A model generated the notes under the pieces. That model did no database searches and was not told the origin of the DNA. It saw only the letters and a program-made list of their open reading frames with translations. 64,000 bases of DNA from Flavobacteriales bacterium (GTDB lineage Bacteria > Bacteroidota > Bacteroidia > Flavobacteriales_D > CAJJDF01), in contig JABAYJ010000006.1 in NCBI GenBank assembly GCA_018609055.1, positions 10,805 through 74,804 on the forward strand. Reading direction: 5' to 3'. Each line of letters opens with the position of its first letter. Position 1 is the stretch's first letter. Position numbers and translations under genes: made by a program. Positions 48,805 through 58,729 of this stretch are shown piece after piece.

Positions 48805-49092
48805 ATGAGTTATTCAATAAAAGCAACATCAACTTCTAACAGAAATGCTAAAGTCCTCATAAAGGAATCGGAAATACAATTTGGTATAACTCCAGAAACG
48901 AATAACTCTTTACCTAGTCCTGCTGAATTATTTTTAGCTTCTTTTTCAGCTTGTATACTCAAAAATGTGGAGTGTTTCTAAAAGTTTATGAAGTTCACTT
49001 ACATCCATGCAGAAATAACTGTAAGTGCAATACGTCCCGAGAAACCACCAAGAATGTACAATATAACCTATAAATTAATTATTCATAATTAA
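48805..49092 (+). pseudogene. OsmC/Ohr family peroxiredoxin remnant
   Basis: MSYSIKATS...SPAELFLASFSACILKNVECF*KFMKFTYIHAEITVSAIRPEKPP. In-frame TAA at 48979-48981. The frame ends at 95 codons, before the second conserved Cys region. Confidence 0.6.
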
Positions 49093-49202
49093 AGTTCAGT
49101 AAAAGTGAATTTAAATCATTTATCAGCTCTATTTCTATATTCTGTCCATAAGTCTCATTAATTAAGTACTTTTGAGCATACTGCATTATACAAATAAAAC
49201 AA

Positions 49203-49529
49203 ATGGAAAAAAATAGCGAAAAACCATCACCAGAAGCGAAAGCACTTTCACTTTTTTTAATGGCTTACAAAACAAAAGACCCTATTTACAAAGAAAAAGC
49301 TAAGCGTATTAACAGGCTTTGGGATTTGGTAAAAAAAGGTGAACTAACTAAAGAAGATCATTTAGCAGAAGTAAACAAGATGATTGATATGTATGGTGGC
49401 TATGATGGAATTATAGAAAAAACAATACTATACTATGTTGAAAAAACTGGCGAATGGAAATCTCGAGGTGAAGACCAATACAGTATTGATGCTAATATTA
49501 TTGCCGATAGGGTTTTGAAAAAGAAATAA
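49203..49529 (+). CDS. hypothetical protein (108 aa)
   Basis: An ORF with its own downstream terminator. I recognise no family. Confidence 0.45.
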   Translation: MEKNSEKPSPEAKALSLFLMAYKTKDPIYKEKAKRINRLWDLVKKGELTKEDHLAEVNKMIDMYGGYDGIIEKTILYYVEKTGEWKSRGEDQYSIDANIIADRVLKKK

Positions 49530-49552
49530 ACTCATTTTTAAATTATCGACAC

Positions 49553-49586
49553 AAAAAAAGGGAATCCAATTGGATTCCCTTTTTTT
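49553..49586. terminator. bidirectional terminator between convergent genes
   Basis: A7-GGGAATCCAATTGGATTCCC-T7, a perfect 20-bp palindrome. Confidence 0.8.
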
Positions 49587-49610
49587 ATATTCTATAGTTA
49601 GCGTTTAGTT

Positions 49611-50564
49611 TTACTTTCTAGTCATCACAGCTTCACAAGCTGTTACAATATCTATTGTATCTAAACCGTATTTAGTCATCAGTTCAGCTGGTGTTCCACT
49701 TTCTCCAAAAGTATCGTCTACAGCTACAAACTCTTGAGGTGTTGGTATTGTTCTACACAATAAAGAAGAAACTGATTCTCCTAATCCTCCAGCTATTTGG
49801 TGCTCTTCAGCAGTTACGATACATTTTGTTTTCATTACCGAATTCAAAATAATTTCTTCGTCCAATGGCTTAATCGTGTGAATATTGATTACCTCAGCAC
49901 TTATTCCTTTTCCTTCAAGCTCTTTAGCAGCCTCTAATGCTTTCCAAACTAAGTGACCTGTAGCAACTATAGTTACATCTGTTCCTTCACTTAACATTAT
50001 TCCTTTTCCTATTTCAAAAGGCATATCTTCAGGCATAAAAATTGGCACACTAGGTCTTCCAAATCTTAAATAAACTGGTCCTTCATAATCTGCTATTGCA
50101 AGTGTTGCTGCTTTTGTTTGGTTATAATCACAAGGATTAATCACACACATATTTGGCAACATTTTCATCATTCCAATATCTTCTAACACTTGATGTGTTG
50201 CTCCATCTTCTCCTAAAGTTAATCCTGCGTGAGAAGCACAAATTTTTACGTTTTTTTCAGAATAAGCAATTGATTGTCTTATTTGGTCATACACTCTACT
50301 TGTAGAGAAGTTTGCAAATGTTCCGGTAAAAGGAATCTTACCTCCTATTGTCATTCCTGCAGCCATTCCAATCATGTTTGCTTCTGCTATTCCAGCTTGA
50401 AAGAATCTATCTGGGAAAGCTTCTTTAAATGCTCCCATTTTTAATGAACCAGTTAAATCGGCACACATGGCAACAACTTGGTCATTTTTCTTTCCTAATT
50501 CAAGTAGGCCATCTCCAAATCCTGATCTGGTATCTTTCTTTCCTAGTACTGGATATTCTTTCAT
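49611..50564 (-). CDS. transketolase, C-terminal (pyrimidine-binding) subunit
   Basis: GIAEANMIGMAAG and the transketolase C-terminal domain. 317 aa. Confidence 0.9.
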   Translation of the reverse strand: MKEYPVLGKKDTRSGFGDGLLELGKKNDQVVAMCADLTGSLKMGAFKEAFPDRFFQAGIAEANMIGMAAGMTIGGKIPFTGTFANFSTSRVYDQIRQSIAYSEKNVKICASHAGLTLGEDGATHQVLEDIGMMKMLPNMCVINPCDYNQTKAATLAIADYEGPVYLRFGRPSVPIFMPEDMPFEIGKGIMLSEGTDVTIVATGHLVWKALEAAKELEGKGISAEVINIHTIKPLDEEIILNSVMKTKCIVTAEEHQIAGGLGESVSSLLCRTIPTPQEFVAVDDTFGESGTPAELMTKYGLDTIDIVTACEAVMTRK

Positions 50565-50592
50565 TTTATGTTAGTTTTTATTGGTCTTGTCT

Positions 50593-51975
50593 TTATAAAT
50601 TAACTTCTACTGCTGCTCCTGGAGTTACAGTAAAATCCTTGGATACTGAATATGCTGCTGACTTCTTTCTTACCGGTCGGTAAACAACAGTATACTTTCC
50701 TGGCTGAAGCGCTATTTGATAATTCAATTTATCTTGATCTAAATTACATACCCAAACTCTTTTCCCGTTTACCTCAGTAAATATTTGAGCTACTCCAAAA
50801 AACGGAGTATTGATATTTGCTAGTCCTGGTTGTTGAATTTGAATTCTATTCGTTTTGCTTTGTTCTACTTTCACATCTTCCATATATATTCTTGGAAGGC
50901 AAAGAATCTCCACATCATAAGTTCCCACAATGTAGGTATCCGAAGAGTTCATTCTTTGTGAGTTAATAGTCACAATCTCCCCATCTTTTCTTATTACGCA
51001 CTTAATATCTGTGTAAGAGTTTCCTGCTCCAATAATTTTGAACTCCAATCCTCCCTGGGGAGCATCAAGTTGAATGGTGTTGTGTTCTCCTGCTCTTAGT
51101 TCAATGTCTCTTTTTACAATCTCTGGTGTGGTATGAACTACTAATTCATAAGTAGAAAGTGGATCAATCCACATAGTATCGGGTTTGTTCTTTCTATCCA
51201 AAGTATGCATAAATGTATACTTCAGTTTTCCAGTTTTCTGATCGTAAAAAGAAAGTGTTACATCTGTTTCAATCGGTTGGTTCTTTAAGTTCATTAAATT
51301 AACCTGTACGGTTGTATTGTTTAATGCTTCACTCATTACCACCTTCATTACATCTCTAAAAGATTCTTCGGTACTGGCATCATAGGCTTTTCCAATACAC
51401 TGAAATCCTTTTAAAGATTCCATGTCCATTGCTATTCCAATTACATAAGGCCTTACCTCTATTCCTTTTTCACGTAACATCTTTGCCACAGCACAAGGAT
51501 CTTCGTCACAGGCTTCTATTCCATCTGTGATTAATATAATAACATCACGGCAATTATCACAAGGAGGAAAATCTTCTCCAGCATATTCTAATGAACGTGC
51601 TATTGGAGTTGTTCCTTTTGGTTGAAGTGAATTTATCTTCTGCTTTATCTTATTATAATTATCTGGTGCAAATGGCACTTCTAATTTAGTATCGTTACAA
51701 TCTTGTTGTCCTTTGTAAATCCTTGTTTGATGTCCGTATAACCTAAGTCCAACTTGAACATTATCTAAAACAGATAATTCGTCCATAGTTTGGTACATCA
51801 ATTTTTTGGCAACTTTTATCTTAGTTTGTTCCTGCCATTGTCCATTCATGGAATTAGATCCATCAAAAATAAAAAGGATACGAGTAATTTCAGGCTCAAC
51901 AGCTTGTGAATTCCCAGAATATGTTGCACACAAAAACATTACTAAAACCGATAACTTGGTTAAAATTAATTTCAT
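50593..51975 (-). CDS. VWA domain-containing secreted protein
   Basis: Signal peptide. MIDAS-like DGSNSM ... GTTPIA ... ILITDG, then a ~250-aa beta-rich C-terminal region. Confidence 0.75.
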   Translation of the reverse strand: MKLILTKLSVLVMFLCATYSGNSQAVEPEITRILFIFDGSNSMNGQWQEQTKIKVAKKLMYQTMDELSVLDNVQVGLRLYGHQTRIYKGQQDCNDTKLEVPFAPDNYNKIKQKINSLQPKGTTPIARSLEYAGEDFPPCDNCRDVIILITDGIEACDEDPCAVAKMLREKGIEVRPYVIGIAMDMESLKGFQCIGKAYDASTEESFRDVMKVVMSEALNNTTVQVNLMNLKNQPIETDVTLSFYDQKTGKLKYTFMHTLDRKNKPDTMWIDPLSTYELVVHTTPEIVKRDIELRAGEHNTIQLDAPQGGLEFKIIGAGNSYTDIKCVIRKDGEIVTINSQRMNSSDTYIVGTYDVEILCLPRIYMEDVKVEQSKTNRIQIQQPGLANINTPFFGVAQIFTEVNGKRVWVCNLDQDKLNYQIALQPGKYTVVYRPVRKKSAAYSVSKDFTVTPGAAVEVNL

Positions 51976-52014
51976 AATTTAATTTTTAATAATGTTTATG
52001 CAATTGTTATGCCA

Positions 52015-52863
52015 TTAGTAATCCCCTAATGTCTCTTCTAGTTGACCTAAAGCATTTACAAGTTGCTCGTCATTTGGTGCAGCACCATGCCATTTGTGAG
52101 TTCCCATCATGTAATCAACTCCTTGACCCATTTCTGTTCTCAACAATATCATCACTGGTTTACCTTTACCAGTTAATGTTTTGGCTTTGTTTAATACGTT
52201 AATAACGGACTCCATGTCGTTTCCATTGTCCTCAGTTATAACTTCCCATCCAAATGCTTTCCATTTCCCTTCTAAATCACCTAAAGAAAGTACATCATCT
52301 ACATCTCCATCAATTTGTCTTCCGTTATAATCAACAGTTGCAATTACGTTATCTACTTTGTTGGCTGCTGCATACATTGCTGCTTCCCAAATTTGTCCTT
52401 CTTGTAATTCTCCATCTCCATGAAGCGTGTAAACCAAACTATCTTCTCCGTTTAGTTTTTTAGTCATTGCTGTTCCTATTCCTACAGATAAACCTTGTCC
52501 AAGTGAACCAGAAGCAATTCTTATTCCTTCTAACCCTTCTTCAGTAGCTGGATGACCTTGTAATCTTGAATTAAGTTTTCTGAATGTTGCCAGTTCAGCT
52601 TTTTCGAAATAACCCGAATGAGCTAAAGTACTGTACCATACTGGAGAAATATGTCCGTTTGAAAGGAAAAAGATATCTTCATCAAACCCATCCATATCAA
52701 AGTCTGATGGATTGTGGTTTAATATCTCAAAATAAAGAGCCACAAAGTACTCTACACAACCTAATGAACCTCCAGGGTGACCAGAGTTATTAGCGTGAAC
52801 CATTCTTACTATATCTCTTCTTACTTGAGAAGAAACGGATTTTAATTGAGCAATATCTGCCAT
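52015..52863 (-). CDS. transketolase, N-terminal (TPP-binding) subunit
   Basis: GHPGGSLG, GSLGQGLSVG, HGDGELQEG, DYNGRQIDG. Confidence 0.9.
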   Translation of the reverse strand: MADIAQLKSVSSQVRRDIVRMVHANNSGHPGGSLGCVEYFVALYFEILNHNPSDFDMDGFDEDIFFLSNGHISPVWYSTLAHSGYFEKAELATFRKLNSRLQGHPATEEGLEGIRIASGSLGQGLSVGIGTAMTKKLNGEDSLVYTLHGDGELQEGQIWEAAMYAAANKVDNVIATVDYNGRQIDGDVDDVLSLGDLEGKWKAFGWEVITEDNGNDMESVINVLNKAKTLTGKGKPVMILLRTEMGQGVDYMMGTHKWHGAAPNDEQLVNALGQLEETLGDY

Positions 52864-53060
52864 GTAATGTAGTTTTTTTCAAATGTAATCTTGATTTGGA
52901 CTTTCAACAAAGTTTTGTAATTGGATTTTTTAAAAGTTATTAACTAAACTAGATTTAATGAGAAAACACTAGAAACATAAAATAAAATTATTGATTGTTG
53001 TTTTAATAAACTCTCTCCCATAAAATCATTAATTTAGCTTATCAAACAAAATGCTTTTTT

Positions 53061-54035
53061 TTGAAAACAAAAGACTTTTCTTATTACTCTGATGGAATAA
53101 CATCTGGAAGTACGGTTGCTTTAAGCCAAGCTATTACACTTATAGAAAGTGCTAAAAAAGAACACCAACAACTGGCTCAGCAGATTGTAAACTTCTGCTT
53201 GCCCCACTCTGGCAATTCGGTAAGAGTAGGAATAACAGGAGTTCCTGGTGTTGGGAAAAGTACATTCATTGAAGCTTTTGGAACATTCTTGACTTCTATT
53301 GGTAAGAAAGTAGCTGTATTGGCAATTGATCCTACTTCGCAACAATCGAGAGGAAGTATACTAGGAGACAAAACCAGAATGGATAAATTGGCCGTGAATC
53401 CTAATGCTTACATTCGACCTTCTGCCTCTGGTAAAACCTTGGGTGGTGTAGGACAAAAAACTCACGAAACTATACTCCTTTGCGAAGCTGCTGGCTTTGA
53501 TGTAATATTGGTAGAAACTGTGGGAGTTGGCCAATCGGAAACGGAAGTATATTCCATGACGGATTTCTTTTTGTTATTAATGATTGCTGGAGCTGGAGAC
53601 GAATTACAAGGAATAAAAAGAGGAATTATGGAAATGGCTGATACCATTTTAATAAATAAAGCCGAAGGTGATAATTTGAACAAAGCCAAACAAGCTAGTA
53701 GAGAATATGCAAATGCCCTACACCTATTCCCTGCCAAAGAAAGCGATTGGATTCCTAAAGTAGAATTATGCTCGGCAATTGAAGAAACAGGAATTGAAGA
53801 GGCTTGGAAAATTATAGAATCGTATGTGGTAAAAACTCAAACCACTGGCTATTTTGAAGAAAACAGAAAACGACAAACTAAAGATTGGTTCTACAAATTC
53901 CTAAATCATCAGATTTTGGCTTCCTTTTATGAAGGAAATGGAATTAGTGATCAATTAAAACAATTGGAACAACAAGTATTAAATGGAGAACTTTCTCCTT
54001 TTGAAGCTAGTAGGATTGTCTTAGGGAAAAAGTAA
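53061..54035 (+). CDS. meaB: methylmalonyl-CoA mutase-associated GTPase MeaB/ArgK
   Basis: GITGVPGVGKST, ETVGVGQSE, INKAEGDN. TTG start as called; the exact start is uncertain. Confidence 0.85.
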   Translation: MKTKDFSYYSDGITSGSTVALSQAITLIESAKKEHQQLAQQIVNFCLPHSGNSVRVGITGVPGVGKSTFIEAFGTFLTSIGKKVAVLAIDPTSQQSRGSILGDKTRMDKLAVNPNAYIRPSASGKTLGGVGQKTHETILLCEAAGFDVILVETVGVGQSETEVYSMTDFFLLLMIAGAGDELQGIKRGIMEMADTILINKAEGDNLNKAKQASREYANALHLFPAKESDWIPKVELCSAIEETGIEEAWKIIESYVVKTQTTGYFEENRKRQTKDWFYKFLNHQILASFYEGNGISDQLKQLEQQVLNGELSPFEASRIVLGKK

Positions 54036-54036
54036 T

Positions 54037-54174
54037 CTAGTTCACCATTATTTTTAGCACCTTCACTTCTTCTCCACTGATAATTCTTAGCAGATAAATT
54101 CCGCTTTTAACATTATCCATATCTAGTGATATACTATTAGAACCAAATGAAAGATTTGTTTTGGAAACCACCAT
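54037..54174 (-). pseudogene. orphan T9SS type A sorting-domain remnant (45 codons)
   Basis: The minus strand reads MVVSKTNLSFGSNSISLDMDNVKSGIYLLRIISGEEVKVLKIMVN*. This is only the last beta-strands of a Por secretion tail, with no upstream body. It begins 2 nt after the meaB stop. Confidence 0.5.
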
Positions 54175-54224
54175 ATAAAAAGAAAATAATTCCGATTAAA
54201 ACTGCTGATAAAATAACTATATTT

Positions 54225-54641
54225 TCAATTACTCTTTTTTTCAATTTTTAGTTTTTTTGACAAAAGAAAAATATAAAAAACGTAAACAAACAAAATCCAA
54301 ATAGAAATTATTAGAAATAAAAAGTCCCAAATATCATTTGGAATGAAAATTAAATCAGCCAAAGTCGAATTAGTCCAAAAAAATATTAGAAAATAACCTA
54401 TTAAACCACAAATCAGTCGTTTGAAATTTTTTCGGATTTCACTATTTAATTTGTTTTCATATGAACCTAGGAGCCCAAAATAACCTATGCACCCTAATAC
54501 ACTGGAAAGAAATACTAAAAATTTACTAAGAGTTAAACTTCCAAAAAAAATAAATAATATTGGAAGAAGAGCTGCTATAAAGCAGAGTGTTGAAGGTACA
54601 ATTGCAGACAAAACTAAACTCTTGTGTTGGTTATCTGTCAT
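54225..54641 (-). CDS. hypothetical membrane protein
   Basis: Four hydrophobic helices. I recognise no family. Confidence 0.5.
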   Translation of the reverse strand: MTDNQHKSLVLSAIVPSTLCFIAALLPILFIFFGSLTLSKFLVFLSSVLGCIGYFGLLGSYENKLNSEIRKNFKRLICGLIGYFLIFFWTNSTLADLIFIPNDIWDFLFLIISIWILFVYVFYIFLLSKKLKIEKKSN

Positions 54642-54726
54642 TATTATAGTGACTTTACGTAATCAAATTGATACGTCATGAATAATAAAACGTTATTATA
54701 TAACGATAAATTTTATTTTAAATACT

Positions 54727-55704
54727 CTAAAAAGTCCTCTTTGCAATCTTCTCAGTAAAGGCAATTAAATCCTCTGAGTTATTCATTTTATGCAATTCAA
54801 CAACTGCTTTTTCTGTAAACTTATCTTGCAGGTTTTCTGCTAACTGAACTCCATTTTGCGTATTTAAGAAGGTAGTGATTTCAACAATATTTGCCTTAAA
54901 GTTCTCTTTGTCTTTAATTAATCCAAGAATATGAGCCGCAGTTTCTTTATCTGCACTCTCTAGAGCCAAAGCCATTGGGATGTTTACTTTCCCTTCCTTG
55001 ATGTCTTTGAATTGCTCCTTTCCGTTCTCTACGTAATCAATGATATCGTCTTTAATTTGGTAAGCTATCCCTAAGTTCTCAGCAAAATCTACCCAAACTT
55101 GCTCATCTTCTTCTTGTAATCCAGCAGAATATGCTCCTGCTAAACAACTAGCTTTAAGTAAACTTCCTGTTTTAAGTGCAGCTACTTTTGTCAATTGAGC
55201 TACAGAAAACTCACTTTCTTTAGTTGCATTCAATTGAATTAATTCTCCTTTAGATAATGAAACCAAAGTAGTAGAGATAATCTCTAACAACTTAAATTCC
55301 TTTTCTTTAGTACATACCTCAATCATTTTTGATAATAAATAATCACCCATCAAAACGGTAGCTTTATTTCCAAAAACAACATTTGCCGAAGTCTCTCCTC
55401 TTCTCAGTTGTGCAGCATCTACCACATCATCATGAAGTAAAGTTGCTTCGTGTAATATATCAATCAATATAGCTGATAAATAGGTAGCGCGATTCGTTTC
55501 ACCTTGAGCCTTAGAAGAAAGCAAAGCCAACTTTGGTCTTAAATTCTTTCCTTGTTTGTTAAATACAAACTCCAAAAAGGTGGAAATAAGCGGAGAGGTT
55601 TCTTTCTTTTCTTGAAAAAAGACTTCTCTTTTTAACTTGTCTATTCTTTGTAAATCTTTCTCTAGTATTTCCGAAATATTATGCTCTACTTCCATTGCTA
55701 TCAT
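54727..55704 (-). CDS. polyprenyl diphosphate synthase (long-chain, octaprenyl-type)
   Basis: First and second Asp-rich motifs LLHDDVVD and IKDDIID. Confidence 0.85.
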   Translation of the reverse strand: MIAMEVEHNISEILEKDLQRIDKLKREVFFQEKKETSPLISTFLEFVFNKQGKNLRPKLALLSSKAQGETNRATYLSAILIDILHEATLLHDDVVDAAQLRRGETSANVVFGNKATVLMGDYLLSKMIEVCTKEKEFKLLEIISTTLVSLSKGELIQLNATKESEFSVAQLTKVAALKTGSLLKASCLAGAYSAGLQEEDEQVWVDFAENLGIAYQIKDDIIDYVENGKEQFKDIKEGKVNIPMALALESADKETAAHILGLIKDKENFKANIVEITTFLNTQNGVQLAENLQDKFTEKAVVELHKMNNSEDLIAFTEKIAKRTF

Positions 55705-55779
55705 AGCTTTTGGGTTTTAAATATGTACTCTTTTTTATCTCTTCAGCTATTATTCCTTTAAAATTTCCATTCAAGATTC

Positions 55780-57462
55780 TTAGTTCTTGTATTGGTTTAT
55801 AAAAGTAAAATAATCAGTTAATATAGTATCGTTTTCCGCACTAGAAGTGTCTATTTCTAGAACTGAAGCTTGGCTTTTCTCTTTAATAAAATTTTCAAAA
55901 ACAGACTCTAGTTTATTTTGATTCTTTGCCACAAAATGCTTTACCCCATAAAGGTCGCAAAATTTCTTGATAGATGTCTTGTGTGGTGTTGTAAAAAAAG
56001 GCAAAGAGACTTTATCTTTCTTTGGATGAGGAAGAATTTTAAAAATATTCCCCTCTCTATTATTAATCACAATCACCTTAAAGTTATTGGGAACGTGACG
56101 ATTCCAAAAAGCATTAGAATCATAAAAGAAACTAATATCTCCCGAAATTAATATCGAATTGTTAGTTACATGATGCGCACCCAAAGCTGTTGAAGTACAC
56201 CCTTCAATACCACTCACTCCCCTATTGCTGTTGTATTTAATGTCAGCTCTTTGATTAAATAACTGAATGTAACGAACTACAGAGCTGTTTCCCATTTGTA
56301 GGTTACAACTTGGTAAGTTCTTAGTCAAAAACTCAAAGGCTTTTATATCCGAAAATGAAGTTTGAGACAAATAAGCCAAATGTCCTTCTTCAGATTTAGT
56401 TTTAATTAAGTCCCAATTAGTCTTAAAATCGTTTGTTTCATTCTTGCTAATTCCTTTAGAACTAATCAAAGCCAAAAACTCATTTTCTTCTGTTCTTTTT
56501 TCAATCGTTTCCATTTGGAATAAATTCTCGTTTCTCACTTTAGAAAAACTCCAATGCGCTTTAGGCTTATGAGTCCTAAACAATTGTTTTATTTTTTTAG
56601 AAATAACCGAGTGACCAATCGTTACAATTAAGTCTGGGATGAATCCTTCTGGATTAGTTTTGTCGATCAATTCAATAGTACGATCAATACACGAATTAAA
56701 GCCATCAGAAACAACATCTCCTGTGGTTTCTGTTACTACTACTACATTTTTATCCAGCTCCATTAATCGCTCTAATCCCGATTGTAAGTTTTCATATTGG
56801 TTTTGAAATACTAAAATCAACTTACTCGAATAGCTATTCCAAGTAATAATTAACTCTTCCGATTTTTCGGAAACTGTTTGAAAAACTTCTACTTCTTCAT
56901 TTTTATAAGGCGCATCAAAAGACTCCATTTCAATAACTCCATAAAGTGGCTCTGACAATTGCACATTTAAGTGAACTGTCTTTTTATTTTCAATTAAACC
57001 ATAAAAACCTTCTTGGATGATTGCCGAATTTAATTCTTTCTCGTCATTCTCGTCCTCAACCAAATTGTAGTTGTTTTCACAAAAATTGGCGTAAATCTCT
57101 TTCTGATTTAATACTTGTCCATCTCCTATTTCTAAACCATCACTTTGCCTATCAGTAGTAATTACCAAAAGAGGAATCCCTTGCATGTGAGCTTCTGCAA
57201 TCGCAGGAGCATAATTTAAAGTTGCCGTTCCCGAAGTGGAAACAATAGCTACAGGTTTATTTTTTTGTTGAGCAATTCCCAAAGCAAAGTGCGAAGCTGA
57301 ACGTTCGTCAACTATACTGTAACAAGTAAAAAAAGGATTATTAGTAAATGAAAGTGTGAAAGGAGCATTTCGCGAACCTGGAGAAATGACAATATCTTGA
57401 ATCCCGTGAAGCTGGCATTGCTCTAAGATTTTCCTAACCGATATTTTGTCACTTACTTTCAT
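55780..57462 (-). CDS. menD: 2-succinyl-5-enolpyruvyl-6-hydroxy-3-cyclohexene-1-carboxylate synthase
   Basis: TPP-enzyme architecture (ISPGSRNAP, GTATLNYAPAIAEA, GDISFFYD). Sits in a men-gene context. Confidence 0.85.
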   Translation of the reverse strand: MKVSDKISVRKILEQCQLHGIQDIVISPGSRNAPFTLSFTNNPFFTCYSIVDERSASHFALGIAQQKNKPVAIVSTSGTATLNYAPAIAEAHMQGIPLLVITTDRQSDGLEIGDGQVLNQKEIYANFCENNYNLVEDENDEKELNSAIIQEGFYGLIENKKTVHLNVQLSEPLYGVIEMESFDAPYKNEEVEVFQTVSEKSEELIITWNSYSSKLILVFQNQYENLQSGLERLMELDKNVVVVTETTGDVVSDGFNSCIDRTIELIDKTNPEGFIPDLIVTIGHSVISKKIKQLFRTHKPKAHWSFSKVRNENLFQMETIEKRTEENEFLALISSKGISKNETNDFKTNWDLIKTKSEEGHLAYLSQTSFSDIKAFEFLTKNLPSCNLQMGNSSVVRYIQLFNQRADIKYNSNRGVSGIEGCTSTALGAHHVTNNSILISGDISFFYDSNAFWNRHVPNNFKVIVINNREGNIFKILPHPKKDKVSLPFFTTPHKTSIKKFCDLYGVKHFVAKNQNKLESVFENFIKEKSQASVLEIDTSSAENDTILTDYFTFINQYKN

Positions 57463-57468
57463 TAAGTT

Positions 57469-58203
57469 TTATCTCTTAATGGCAACATGGATTGCTGCAA
57501 TTCCTCCCGAAACATTTTCGTAAGTTGCATTTGTAAATCCATTTTCTTCTATAATTTTCGCAAACTTATCTTCAGTAGGAAAAGCCTGAACAGATTCTGG
57601 TAAATAAGAATAAGCTCGGTTATCTTTTGAAACTATTTTACCAACTGCTGGCATTAGTTTTCTAGAATAAAAGTTAAACATCTGCTTAATTGGAAACTTC
57701 TTAGGATTAGAAAACTCTAACACGATAATCTTTCCGTTTTCTTTAAGCACTCTACTAATCTCGCTTAATCCTTGACCTATGTTTTCAAAGTTTCTTACTC
57801 CAAAAGCCACAGTAACCGCATCAAATTGTTTGTCATCAAAAGGTAAGTTCAAAGAATCTCCATTTCTTAAATCTACTCTTCCTTCTAGTTTTTTCTTCAA
57901 TACTTTCTGTCTTCCTACATCTAGCATTTTATCTGCAATATCTACTCCTATGATATTTGTCCCCTCTAACTTTGATAAAGCAATTGCTAAATCTCCTGTT
58001 CCGGTTGCAACATCCAGTATTTCACTGTGAGGAATATTTTTAACGATGTTTCTCACTTTATTTCTCCAGATTTTATCAATCCCAAGAGAGAAAAAGTGGT
58101 TTAAAAAGTCGTATTTACCAGAAATATTATCGAACATTTCGGCTACTTGCTCTGTCTTAGGAGCTTCTTTTTCGTTATAAGGGTTTATTTTTTCGCTACT
58201 CAT
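57469..58203 (-). CDS. ubiE: demethylmenaquinone methyltransferase
   Basis: YDFLNHFFSLGIDKIWR, DVATGTGD. Confidence 0.9.
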   Translation of the reverse strand: MSSEKINPYNEKEAPKTEQVAEMFDNISGKYDFLNHFFSLGIDKIWRNKVRNIVKNIPHSEILDVATGTGDLAIALSKLEGTNIIGVDIADKMLDVGRQKVLKKKLEGRVDLRNGDSLNLPFDDKQFDAVTVAFGVRNFENIGQGLSEISRVLKENGKIIVLEFSNPKKFPIKQMFNFYSRKLMPAVGKIVSKDNRAYSYLPESVQAFPTEDKFAKIIEENGFTNATYENVSGGIAAIHVAIKR

Positions 58204-58309
58204 TTTCAGAAATGATTGAAAGTTTAATATTTTTTGTAAATATAATAAAAAAATAGTAATATTGGGGAGTGATAGACAATTAATCGGTAAATATTAAAAC
58301 CATTAAACT

Positions 58310-58729
58310 ATGAAAATAACAAACGGAAACATATTGATTTTCACAGGAATCATGCACTCTCTATTTGGAATCACCCCTTTTGCATTCGGAAAACAGTTTG
58401 CCTCCTTTTCGTCTTCATTCTTTTTTAAAATAAGTGAAGGCCTTTCGGAATTCCCCTTATTGAATGGTGTTATGAATTACGAAAACTTTGCTGCTTTTTG
58501 GTTTTTCTATTTTGGTTTATTAGTTATCCCAATTGGATTCCTTGTTAACTTTATTGAGTCTGAAAATAAAGTATTATCAAAGCAATTTGTTACCTCCTAT
58601 TTGATTGTTGTTTTATTAGGAGTATTTATGATACCTTTTTCAGGTATGACACTATTTATGTTACCTCATGCCCTATTTATGTTTATTCAAAATAGAAAAC
58701 TAAGACTTAAATTAAATAATGACAATTAA
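58310..58729 (+). CDS. hypothetical membrane protein
   Basis: Four hydrophobic helices. First gene of the menA-side operon. Confidence 0.5.
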   Translation: MKITNGNILIFTGIMHSLFGITPFAFGKQFASFSSSFFFKISEGLSEFPLLNGVMNYENFAAFWFFYFGLLVIPIGFLVNFIESENKVLSKQFVTSYLIVVLLGVFMIPFSGMTLFMLPHALFMFIQNRKLRLKLNNDN

